From Acidobacteriota bacterium (GTDB taxonomy: Bacteria > Acidobacteriota > Aminicenantia > UBA2199), in contig JBDLJQ010000005.1 of the NCBI GenBank assembly GCA_039714255.1, forward strand, positions 11,914 to 75,913: DNA of 64,000 nucleotides. Direction: 5' to 3'. The notes below the pieces were generated by a model. The model was not told the DNA's origin. It did no database searches and saw only the letters and a list, made by a program, of their open reading frames with translations. The first letter of the stretch is position 1, and the number at the start of each line of letters is the position of its first letter. This document shows positions 27,883-36,620 of this stretch, one piece after another. A program made the translations under genes and the position numbers.

Positions 27883-28695
27883 ATGATACTTAGAGATGAA
27901 CTGGAAAGTTTTCTCCGGCAAATATATAAATATGAAGATTATGAAGATTATTGTGAGAACGGGCTGGTTGTGGAAGGAAGCTCTGAAATAAATAGTATTG
28001 CATTTGGTGTCTCATTTAACGGATTATTCATAGATGAAGCCATTGGCCTGGGAAGTGATGCGGTTATTGTCCATCATGGGATATTTGACAAGGGTAATTT
28101 TGTGTTAAAGGGGATAAAAAAAGAGAGGATAAAAAAAGTTATAAACAATGAAATTTCACTTTTTGGTATTCACCTCCCCATGGATGCCCATCCTGAAATA
28201 GGCCACAATGCACTTTTATTAGATGCGATCGGTGCTAAAATAACCGGACCATTAAAATGGGGATTTTTCGGTGAGAACAGCAGCAGAAAAAATATAAATG
28301 AAATGATGAAAATATTTAACCGTTACCTGGATCCTCAATTAGAAGATAAGGGCCCTTATACTTTTAAGCAATTTGACAGTTCAGGTGAAGTTGAATCAGA
28401 AGGTAACCACAGGTTTGAAGTTCTAAAGAATGGCCCGGATATCCCCGTCAGGATCTTTATCGCCAGTGGAGGGTCAACCGACCTTTATGAAGAAGCTGTA
28501 AAGCTTGGAGCCGATACTTTCATATGCGGTGAAATAAAAGAACATATCCCGGCAATTTCCCATGAAACAAAAACCAACTTTATAAACCTGGGCCACTATT
28601 ATTCGGAAAAACCGGGAATACTGGCATTAAAGAGCAGAATAGAAGAAAAATTTGATGTAAATTGCACCTTTATAGAAGTCCCAAACATGATCTGA
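27883..28695 (+). CDS. Nif3-like dinuclear metal centre protein (YbgI family)
   Basis: NGLVVEG, VHHG, HLPMDAHPEIGHN, GE and GHYYSE motifs. Confidence 0.9.
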   Translation: MILRDELESFLRQIYKYEDYEDYCENGLVVEGSSEINSIAFGVSFNGLFIDEAIGLGSDAVIVHHGIFDKGNFVLKGIKKERIKKVINNEISLFGIHLPMDAHPEIGHNALLLDAIGAKITGPLKWGFFGENSSRKNINEMMKIFNRYLDPQLEDKGPYTFKQFDSSGEVESEGNHRFEVLKNGPDIPVRIFIASGGSTDLYEEAVKLGADTFICGEIKEHIPAISHETKTNFINLGHYYSEKPGILALKSRIEEKFDVNCTFIEVPNMI

Positions 28696-28757
28696 TTTCT
28701 GTCTCCTTATTCCTGAATAAAGTGCCCTAATTTCCCCACTAACCATCCTGATGAATT

Positions 28758-28887
28758 TGGCGCAGCCGTCCTTCTGCTAAAGCGGGCACTACAGGAGCGA
28801 CTCGAATGCCGATTGCTCCGCAGCCAGCAGCGTTAAGCGGATGATAACATCCGTAGCGGGAAGCGTAGCAGATGACGGCTAAAGCCA
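28758..28887. other. GC-rich multi-stem intergenic element (REP-like or unclassified ncRNA)
   Basis: Outer stems AGCCGTC/GACGGCT and TCTGCTA/TAGCAGA enclose hairpins GGAGCGA..TTGCTCC and GCGGATG/CATCCGT. Confidence 0.55.
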
Positions 28888-29004
28888 TTAATGGATATGT
28901 GTGTTCTTATTAATCAGCCTTCAGCCAAAAATTGAAATGACCCAAATAATTCCAAAACTGAGATATTTCATCAGAATCTTTTATAGATAAGTTAAGGAGG
29001 AATT

Positions 29005-29532
29005 ATGAAAAAAGGATTTGTAAAGTTGTTTATTGTTTTGATATGTATTTTTGCTGTTGCATTTACAGTTTCCGCTCAAAAAGCTGCGAAAAAAGTTGAA
29101 AAAAATGCCCTGACATTTAATAAACTGGCATTAATGAGGACAGGAGATGTTGCGATTGTGGGAGTGACAACCGGGCCATGTATGTGCTCTGCTGATTTAA
29201 AGAGGTATCATAATGCAATTTCACCGAAGAATATGTCTGCATTCATATTTAATAAATCGAAATTTGAGGTTAAAGTCAGGGTAACATTTAAGTATTTTTC
29301 ACTTTCCCGTGATCCGGGTAAATGGAAGGAATTCACAAGAGACCTTACCATTCCTGCAAACAGTACCTCCATGTGTGTTGTCTGGGCTAATAACTATTAT
29401 GATATTATCCGGATAAAAGGGGCTGCTCAAAAACTCTTTATTGATGTAAAGATCACAAGTAAAAATGTACGCGAATTTAATCTGTCCGATAATAAATGGA
29501 TAGCAACAGATTGTGAATATTACGTTATGTAA
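29005..29532 (+). CDS. Secreted hypothetical protein, possibly Ig/CARDB-like
   Basis: AAGGAGG SD, signal peptide, GDVAIVGV start and EFNLSDN end as seen in CARDB-type sandwiches; four Cys in the mature part. Confidence 0.72.
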   Translation: MKKGFVKLFIVLICIFAVAFTVSAQKAAKKVEKNALTFNKLALMRTGDVAIVGVTTGPCMCSADLKRYHNAISPKNMSAFIFNKSKFEVKVRVTFKYFSLSRDPGKWKEFTRDLTIPANSTSMCVVWANNYYDIIRIKGAAQKLFIDVKITSKNVREFNLSDNKWIATDCEYYVM

Positions 29533-29553
29533 ACTTTAAGTTTATTCCATAAA

Positions 29554-29582
29554 CGGGCGGGGTTCCCCGCCCGGATTTTTTC
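29554..29582 (+). terminator. Rho-independent terminator
   Basis: CGGGCGGGG-TT-CCCCGCCCG followed by a T-tract. Confidence 0.8.
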
Positions 29583-29707
29583 CCTGCAAAAGACATCCGA
29601 TAAATTTCTTATAATAAAAAACAAAAAAAATCTTACCTGAAGATTACTGTAAATAATTTTTTTTTGGAGTAAAATGTATTTTCATTGTTGAAAATCAGGA
29701 GGGTTTT

Positions 29708-32344
29708 ATGAAGTTGAAATTCAAACCATTTTATCTGTTATTAATCATTTTCTTTATGTTTGCTTCAAATGTAAACGGTGTGGAAAAAATAAAATCACCG
29801 GGAGAATTTTTCGGATTCAGGCCCGGGACAGACCGGATGCTTTTTGATTATGAACAGTTAATAAAATATTTTAAAATTCTTGATAAATCTTCTCCGAAAA
29901 TTGTTCTTGAAAAGACCGGAAATTCTCCCATGGGGAAACCGATATTCATAGCATTTATTTCATCTGAAAAGAATATAAAGAACCTTCCGAATTTAAAGAA
30001 GGTTAACAGAAGGCTGGCTCTCGATCCCGGTATTCCTGATGAAGAGAGAAAGGAAATCCTGAAAGATACTCCGGTCTCATTTCTGGCAACCCTTTCGATG
30101 CATTCCGGTGAAGTTGGGCCCTCACAGGCAGCTCCACTTATTGCCTATGATCTTATAACATCTGCGAAAAAAGAAATAATCAAATGGCTTGATGATGTTG
30201 TATTCCTGATGGTTCCGAATCATAATCCCGACGGGATGAATATGGTTGTCCACCATTACTGGAAATATAAGGGGAAAAAATATGAGGGAAGTTATCTGCC
30301 CGGAGTTTACCATAAATATGTGGGCCATGATAACAACAGGGATTTTGTTACCCTGACACAAACCGATACAAAAGCGATCGCCTCTATATACAATTTGGAA
30401 TGGTTCCCGCAGGTTATGGTGGAAAAACACCAGATGGGTTCTAATACTTCAAGGTATTATGTACCTCCAAATCATGATCCTATTGCCGAAAACATAGATG
30501 CAGGCATATGGAACTGGTCAGGAATTTTTGGTGCCAATATGATCAAAGATATGACCAGGGACCATCTTGCAGGTGTTTCCCAACACTATTTGTTTGATGA
30601 TTACTGGCCGGGGTCAACTGAAACATGTATATGGAAAAATGTTATAGGATTTCTGACAGAGGCTGCCAGTGTAAAATATGCAACACCTGTTTATATTGAA
30701 CAAAATGAGCTCAGAGGTTATGGAAAAGGATTGGCAGAATATGAAAAAAGTATAAATATGCCTCTTCCGTGGGATGGAGGATGGTGGAAACTCAGCGATA
30801 TTATAAACTATGAGATAAGTTCCACTTATTCAATTTTAAAGACCTCTTCAAAACACAGGGAAGATATACTCCGCTTTCGGAATGAATTGTGTAAGAGGGA
30901 GGTGGAGCGTGGAAGGACCATACCGCCATACTATTATATACTTCCTCTTGATCAGGCAGACCAGAGTGAGCTTGTCTCCCTGGTTAACCTTCTACATGAA
31001 CATGGAATAAAAACCTACAACCTGAAAAATAATGTTGAATCAGGTGAATGGGTTTTTAAAAAAGGGGATATAGTTGTTCCTCTGGAGCAGCCTTTCCGCC
31101 CCTTTATTAAGGAGGTTATGGAATCCCAGAAATATCCGGTCAGACATTATACCCCCGGCGGTAAAATTATAAAACCTTATGATATTACAAGCTGGTCACT
31201 TCCCCTCCATAAAGGTGTAAAAAGTTATGAAATAATTAAGCCTTCAGATCATATTAAAAAAGCGCTGGTAGAGAATACAGTTAAATTCAGTATCAGAAAT
31301 GTTCCTGAAGGAAAATATTCCCACTTCATATTTCCGGTATCAGGAAATGAAAGTTATAAAGTTGCATTTCTTGCAGAAAAAGCCGGGATAGTTGTTCAGA
31401 GGACCGGATCCGATATCAGTGACGGTAACAGGGTTTACAGCAAGGGAAGTTTTATAATAAAAAATAGTGGCAGTACAAAACTTAAAAAACTACTGGATTC
31501 ACTCAATGTCTCTCCGGGTTATATAAATATTGATAAATCCACAGATTTTTCTGAATTTAAAATTCCAAGGATAGGACTTGTTGAAACGTGGTTTCACGAT
31601 ATGGATGCCGGATGGACGAGATTTGTTCTGGACTCATATTCAATTCCTTTTACCGTTATCAGGCCATCCGATATACCGGATCTTAATCTGGAAAGGAAAT
31701 TTGATGTCATTATATTCCCGGATGCGAGGGCCTCGGTTTTGAAAAAGGGTAAATACAAATCCGGTTCAGACTATTTTTCTCCCAGTTATCCTCCGGAATA
31801 TGCAGAAGGGATGGGGAAAAATGGATTTAACAAAATTTTATCTTTTATTGATAACGGAGGAATAATTGTTTCATGGGGAGCTTCTACGGGGCTCTTTATG
31901 GGGGAACATGAAATGAAAAAAATTACCGGAGAGTCAGAATCTTTTTCACTTCCGGTCAGAGATATTTCAGCCGGTGTAAAAAAGAAGGGATTATATTGCC
32001 CCGGCTCTTTTGTAAAGATGAAACTGAAACAGGGCCACCCCCTGACATTGGGAATGGGGGAAGATTGTGGAATATTTTTCAGGGCAAATGCATTGTTCAG
32101 AACGAATACCCCGGTCTTTGATATGGATAGAAGGGTCATAGGAAAGTTTCCCAAAGGTAAGATCCTCCTCAGTGGATATTGTGAAAATGAAGAGGTTTTG
32201 AGGAATACATCTGCAATGGTCTGGTTGAAGAAAAATAAGGGACAGCTGGTGTTGATGGGCTTCAGCCCGCAGTTCAGGGCATCAACTGAGGGAACCTTTA
32301 AATTATTGTTCAACTCCATACTTTTGAACAAATTGAACAGATAG
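29708..32344 (+). CDS. Secreted M14 zinc carboxypeptidase with a C-terminal GATase-like domain
   Basis: Signal peptide, HSGE (HxxE), NPDG, GHDNNRD and HQMG; C-terminal MDAGWTRFVLD...PQFRA. Confidence 0.88.
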   Translation: MKLKFKPFYLLLIIFFMFASNVNGVEKIKSPGEFFGFRPGTDRMLFDYEQLIKYFKILDKSSPKIVLEKTGNSPMGKPIFIAFISSEKNIKNLPNLKKVNRRLALDPGIPDEERKEILKDTPVSFLATLSMHSGEVGPSQAAPLIAYDLITSAKKEIIKWLDDVVFLMVPNHNPDGMNMVVHHYWKYKGKKYEGSYLPGVYHKYVGHDNNRDFVTLTQTDTKAIASIYNLEWFPQVMVEKHQMGSNTSRYYVPPNHDPIAENIDAGIWNWSGIFGANMIKDMTRDHLAGVSQHYLFDDYWPGSTETCIWKNVIGFLTEAASVKYATPVYIEQNELRGYGKGLAEYEKSINMPLPWDGGWWKLSDIINYEISSTYSILKTSSKHREDILRFRNELCKREVERGRTIPPYYYILPLDQADQSELVSLVNLLHEHGIKTYNLKNNVESGEWVFKKGDIVVPLEQPFRPFIKEVMESQKYPVRHYTPGGKIIKPYDITSWSLPLHKGVKSYEIIKPSDHIKKALVENTVKFSIRNVPEGKYSHFIFPVSGNESYKVAFLAEKAGIVVQRTGSDISDGNRVYSKGSFIIKNSGSTKLKKLLDSLNVSPGYINIDKSTDFSEFKIPRIGLVETWFHDMDAGWTRFVLDSYSIPFTVIRPSDIPDLNLERKFDVIIFPDARASVLKKGKYKSGSDYFSPSYPPEYAEGMGKNGFNKILSFIDNGGIIVSWGASTGLFMGEHEMKKITGESESFSLPVRDISAGVKKKGLYCPGSFVKMKLKQGHPLTLGMGEDCGIFFRANALFRTNTPVFDMDRRVIGKFPKGKILLSGYCENEEVLRNTSAMVWLKKNKGQLVLMGFSPQFRASTEGTFKLLFNSILLNKLNR

Positions 32345-32363
32345 TAAATAGTAACAAAAAATA

Positions 32364-33794
32364 ATGACTGCATCCTGGATAGCATTTTTATTTTATGCCG
32401 GTATTACTCTTGTTATAGGGAGGTATGCAGCCCGTAAGACCGGAGAAGGTGAAGATTTCTGGTCAGCCGGAAGATCTCTGAGCGGGCTTTCTGTAGGACT
32501 TTCCCTCTCCGCAGGTTTTATGTCCATCTCATGGTCCTGTGTATATGCAGTCCAGCTTTTTTACTGGTATGGTGCAGGTGCATTGTGGCTTGTGACGATA
32601 CCCTGGATACTTGCATTGGCCGGAATATATTTCCTCTCTAAAAAATATCATGGACTCTCCTCCTTCAGTCAGCCGGAAATGATCGAAAAAAGGTTCGGGA
32701 AAACTTTAAAGAAAGTGGTAGCTCTTGCGCTTGCTTTTGTATTTCTTGTATGGGGAGGAGCGGAGATATATGTAGCCGCTTCATTACTGGCACCTGATCT
32801 GAAAACAGGAGTCAATATTGTAATAATCCTGATCAGTATCTTTATAGCATTCTATTCTGTGTCCGGAGGATTCAGAGCAGTTGTCCTTACAGACAAACTT
32901 CAATATTCCATTGTTGCATTATATATCATAGTTATGGGATTCCTGGCTTTTAAGGGGCTCAGGATAGAAGGGGTGGATATTTTTTCCATACCGGCATCCG
33001 GAATAAAATCGTTAAGCCCCTGGAGGGATATTTTTTCCCCGGGCATCGCTCTTATTTCCCTGACACTGATAGCTTATCTCCCCGGCTGGCTTTTTGAGAC
33101 CGACCTGTGGCTGAGGATACAGGCTGCAAAAGATACTGGTTCTGCCAGGAAGGGCGTGATAATTGCAGGGATAAACAGTATCCTTTTTGTAGGTATCTTT
33201 CCACTGTTCATAGGTATATCTGCACTCTATCTTTTTCCTGCAGAGGGCGGGGCCTTACCTGAAATAGTTGGAAATGAAGGTGATGCCATATTTTCAGCTC
33301 TTCTGCTGAAATATGCACCTCAGTGGCTGAGGCTGTTCTCTTCTCTAGGGCTTGTTGCAGTAGCCATGTCAACCATAGATACCTGCATAAATGTAATGGC
33401 CCTGAGCATAGGGTATGATATTGCAGAGGTAAGCTCCAGGAAAAGATCAAAAAAACTGTCAAGGTATTTTACACTCCTTTCTGTTTTTGTGACTACAATA
33501 TTTGCATTGATCATCACTTCCTTGTGGGATATCTTTTATCTTTCATCAGGTATTCTGACCACTGCCGTGGCCCTTCCCGTTGCCTCTGTTTTTATCAAAG
33601 GGGTAAAGGCCAGGCCGTTATTATGGTCTTCCGTTTCCGGATTTACCGGAACCATCTTATTTTACTTTCTTGAAAAATCAGAGACATTCCATTCTATTGA
33701 GCCTGCTTTCCTGAAAGATTCAGGGGTAGGTTTTATCCTCTTCGGAATTGTAAGTGCTGCTATGGGATATATTTTCGGGTCCATAAAAAGGTAA
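32364..33794 (+). CDS. Sodium:solute symporter family protein
   Basis: About 13 TM segments; EDFWSAGRSL, GGFRAVVLTDKLQ and AMSTID motifs. Confidence 0.85.
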   Translation: MTASWIAFLFYAGITLVIGRYAARKTGEGEDFWSAGRSLSGLSVGLSLSAGFMSISWSCVYAVQLFYWYGAGALWLVTIPWILALAGIYFLSKKYHGLSSFSQPEMIEKRFGKTLKKVVALALAFVFLVWGGAEIYVAASLLAPDLKTGVNIVIILISIFIAFYSVSGGFRAVVLTDKLQYSIVALYIIVMGFLAFKGLRIEGVDIFSIPASGIKSLSPWRDIFSPGIALISLTLIAYLPGWLFETDLWLRIQAAKDTGSARKGVIIAGINSILFVGIFPLFIGISALYLFPAEGGALPEIVGNEGDAIFSALLLKYAPQWLRLFSSLGLVAVAMSTIDTCINVMALSIGYDIAEVSSRKRSKKLSRYFTLLSVFVTTIFALIITSLWDIFYLSSGILTTAVALPVASVFIKGVKARPLLWSSVSGFTGTILFYFLEKSETFHSIEPAFLKDSGVGFILFGIVSAAMGYIFGSIKR

Positions 33795-33819
33795 TTCTTT
33801 CCGGAAAGTAATTTCCATG

Positions 33820-33847
33820 TGAACCTTTTCTTTTTGTTGAACGTCTA
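33820..33847 (+). promoter_or_regulatory. ECF-sigma-type promoter
   Basis: TGAACC-16 nt-CGTCTA, 23 nt upstream of the DUF5916 ATG; matches the AAC/CGT ECF promoter pattern. Confidence 0.6.
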
Positions 33848-33870
33848 TATGTTAGGGCAAGGAGTTTTAC

Positions 33871-36543
33871 ATGAAGAAGATAATTCTTTTTATTTTTGCA
33901 CTTTTTTTATTAGGTAATTTATTGTCAGCAAAGAAAAGTAATGTAGACAAATGGGAGTGGAAACAAAAAGCCGTAAAAGCTGAGAGAGCATCGGAAAAGA
34001 TCATTATTGACGGTAAACTTGATGAGAAAATTTGGAAGAGAGAAGGTATTTCAGGATTTACCCAGGATGATCCTGAAGAAGGGAAACCCGCTTCGGAAAA
34101 AACCGATGTATGGCTGGCCTATGATGATAATGCCATATATGTTGCGGCGAGATTGTATGACTCGAATCCGGAGAAGATAATAAGCCTCCTTGCAAGGAGA
34201 GATGATTTTGTCGATTCAGATTATTTTTTATTTTATGTTGATCCCTATTATGACAAGAGGAGCGGTTTCAAGTTTGCGGTTAATCCTACCGGTTCAATAG
34301 CAGACTGGAGCATTTTTAATGACGGATGGGATGACAGCTCCTGGAATGGAATATGGGAGTCAAAGGCGAGAATAGATAAAGAGGGTTGGACAGTGGAGAT
34401 GAAAATACCATTCGACCAGTTGAGGTTCGAAAAAAAGAATAATGGCGATGAATATATCTGGGGAGTTAACTTCAGAAGGTATATAAGGAGAAAGAATGAA
34501 AGAGCAACTTATTCGTGGACTCCTAAAACTGTAAGCGGCCTGGTATCTTATTATGCCAAACTAGAGGGAATAAAGGAGATCAATCCCAAAAGGCTGTTTG
34601 AAGTAGTACCCTATACAGCCGGGAAAGTAGCTTTTGAAAGTGCAGAAGAGGGTAATCCTTTTGCAACCGGTGAAACCTGGGGCGGCAATGCAGGTGTGGA
34701 TGTAAAATATGGATTAAAAAGTAATCTGACCCTGGACCTGGCGATCAATCCCGATTTCGGGCAGGTTGAGGTTGATCCTGCCGTGATAAACCTCAGTGCA
34801 GCAGAAAGTTTTTATTCTGAGAGACGCCCTTTTTTTGTAGAGGGTTCAAGTATATTCATGTTCGGTTATGGTGGATCAAATAATAATATCGGCGCCAATT
34901 GGGGTAATCCCAGATTCTTTTATTCCAGGCGTATAGGGAGGCCTCCTCAGGGGTATGTAGATACCGATGGATATGTAAAATATCCCGAATGGACCTCTAT
35001 TCTGACCGCAGCTAAAATAAGTGGTAAGCTGGGTAAAGGATGGAATCTGGGAATAATGAGTGCTTTTACAGAGAAGGAAAATGCAGAAATTGATATAAAT
35101 GGGACCCGGTCTGAAGGGGAGGTTGAACCATTCTCAAATTATACTGTTTTGAGGGCTCACAAAGAATTTAATGAGGGGAGGCAGGGACTTGGATTTATTG
35201 CCACTTCAGTCCTGAGAGACCTGAATAATATAAATCTGAAAGATATGATGAATAATAAAGCTTTCAGTTTTGGTATAGATGGCTGGACATTTCTTGATAA
35301 AAAGAAAAAATGGGTTGTAACCGGATGGATGGGAAGAACCGAGGTTTCCGGTACAAAAGAGAGGATAACTGACCTGCAATATTCTTATCCACATTATTAC
35401 CAGAGGCCGGATGTGGATTATCTGGGAATAAATGAAGGTGCTACTTCACTTTCGGGTTATTCGGGAAGGTTCACTTTGAACAAGCAGCAGGGAAATTTTA
35501 TGTTCAATGCTGCTTTAGGATTTATTTCTCCCGGCTTTGATGCAAGGGATATGGGATTCCAGTGGAGTGCAGATCTGATAAACGGCCATATACTTCTTGG
35601 ATACCGGTCATTTAAAAAATGGAATTTTATAAGATCATGGGATGCGATATTTTTAACACAGAGAAATTATGATTTCGGTGGGAACAAAGTTGGTGAACAG
35701 AGGGTCATTTTCATAGGGGATATTGAATTTACCAATTTCTGGTCTATTTATATGCAGACAAGCTACAATCCTTCCCAGATGGACAAATTTCGTACAAGGG
35801 GCGGCCCGATGATGTTGATACAGCCTCATACCTGGTTTGACTTCGGACTTCGCAGCGACAGAAGAAAACCTGTAGTCTTCAGGCTTGGAGGGTTTTACCT
35901 TGATAATGACTGGGGAAGGATAAGAAGATCTGTTTTTTCAACTATCGAATGGAAACCCGGATCTAATTTTTCCGTTTCATTTTCTCCCAGGTATGCTTAT
36001 GAAGGTAACAGTTCCCAATGGGTGGATAATATTGATGATCCGGTCGTGGTGCAAACTTATGGCACCCGTTATATTTTCGGGGATCTTGTCCAGAAGACAT
36101 TTTCCTGTTCCATAAGGCTTAACTGGATCTTTTCACCGAAGCTCAGCCTCCAGGCATATCTGCAGCCCTTTGTTTCTGCAGGGGCCTATAACGGTTTTAA
36201 AGAATTTGCTGCCCCGGAGACATATGATTTTAATACATATGGTGTCGGTAGTTCTTCTATTAGTTACGTAGAAGCTAATGATGAATATCTTGTGGATCCG
36301 GGAGATGGAGGAGACACATTTTACTTATATAATCCTGATTTTAACTATAAGTCATTAAGGGGAACTGTTGTGTTCAGGTGGGAATATAAACCGGGGTCAA
36401 CATTATACCTTGTATGGACACAAAACAGGGCAGATTATTCCAATCCGGGACTTTTCAGGTTCGGGACCGATATAAAGGATATGATGGGAGCTCCCGGAGA
36501 TAATATATTTATGATGAAATTCACATACAGGTTCAAGATGTAA
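33871..36543 (+). CDS. CBM9-like + DUF5916 outer-membrane protein
   Basis: IDGKLDE..W, GWTVEMKIPFDQLRF, INPDFGQVEVDP, ERRPFF.EG, YSRRIGR, RWEYKPGSTLYLVW; signal peptide. Confidence 0.85.
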   Translation: MKKIILFIFALFLLGNLLSAKKSNVDKWEWKQKAVKAERASEKIIIDGKLDEKIWKREGISGFTQDDPEEGKPASEKTDVWLAYDDNAIYVAARLYDSNPEKIISLLARRDDFVDSDYFLFYVDPYYDKRSGFKFAVNPTGSIADWSIFNDGWDDSSWNGIWESKARIDKEGWTVEMKIPFDQLRFEKKNNGDEYIWGVNFRRYIRRKNERATYSWTPKTVSGLVSYYAKLEGIKEINPKRLFEVVPYTAGKVAFESAEEGNPFATGETWGGNAGVDVKYGLKSNLTLDLAINPDFGQVEVDPAVINLSAAESFYSERRPFFVEGSSIFMFGYGGSNNNIGANWGNPRFFYSRRIGRPPQGYVDTDGYVKYPEWTSILTAAKISGKLGKGWNLGIMSAFTEKENAEIDINGTRSEGEVEPFSNYTVLRAHKEFNEGRQGLGFIATSVLRDLNNINLKDMMNNKAFSFGIDGWTFLDKKKKWVVTGWMGRTEVSGTKERITDLQYSYPHYYQRPDVDYLGINEGATSLSGYSGRFTLNKQQGNFMFNAALGFISPGFDARDMGFQWSADLINGHILLGYRSFKKWNFIRSWDAIFLTQRNYDFGGNKVGEQRVIFIGDIEFTNFWSIYMQTSYNPSQMDKFRTRGGPMMLIQPHTWFDFGLRSDRRKPVVFRLGGFYLDNDWGRIRRSVFSTIEWKPGSNFSVSFSPRYAYEGNSSQWVDNIDDPVVVQTYGTRYIFGDLVQKTFSCSIRLNWIFSPKLSLQAYLQPFVSAGAYNGFKEFAAPETYDFNTYGVGSSSISYVEANDEYLVDPGDGGDTFYLYNPDFNYKSLRGTVVFRWEYKPGSTLYLVWTQNRADYSNPGLFRFGTDIKDMMGAPGDNIFMMKFTYRFKM

Positions 36544-36620
36544 AAAAAAATTTCTTTAATGAATCTTTTAATAAACATTTTAATTATCAGCCCGTAATAT
36601 TTATTTTACGGGAGGTTTTA

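Noticed and set aside
28758-28887. tRNA, SRP RNA or known riboswitch identity for the GC-rich element
   Set aside because: I found no T-loop/D-loop consensus, no SRP GGAA loop motif and no riboswitch core I recognise; it is kept as unassigned.
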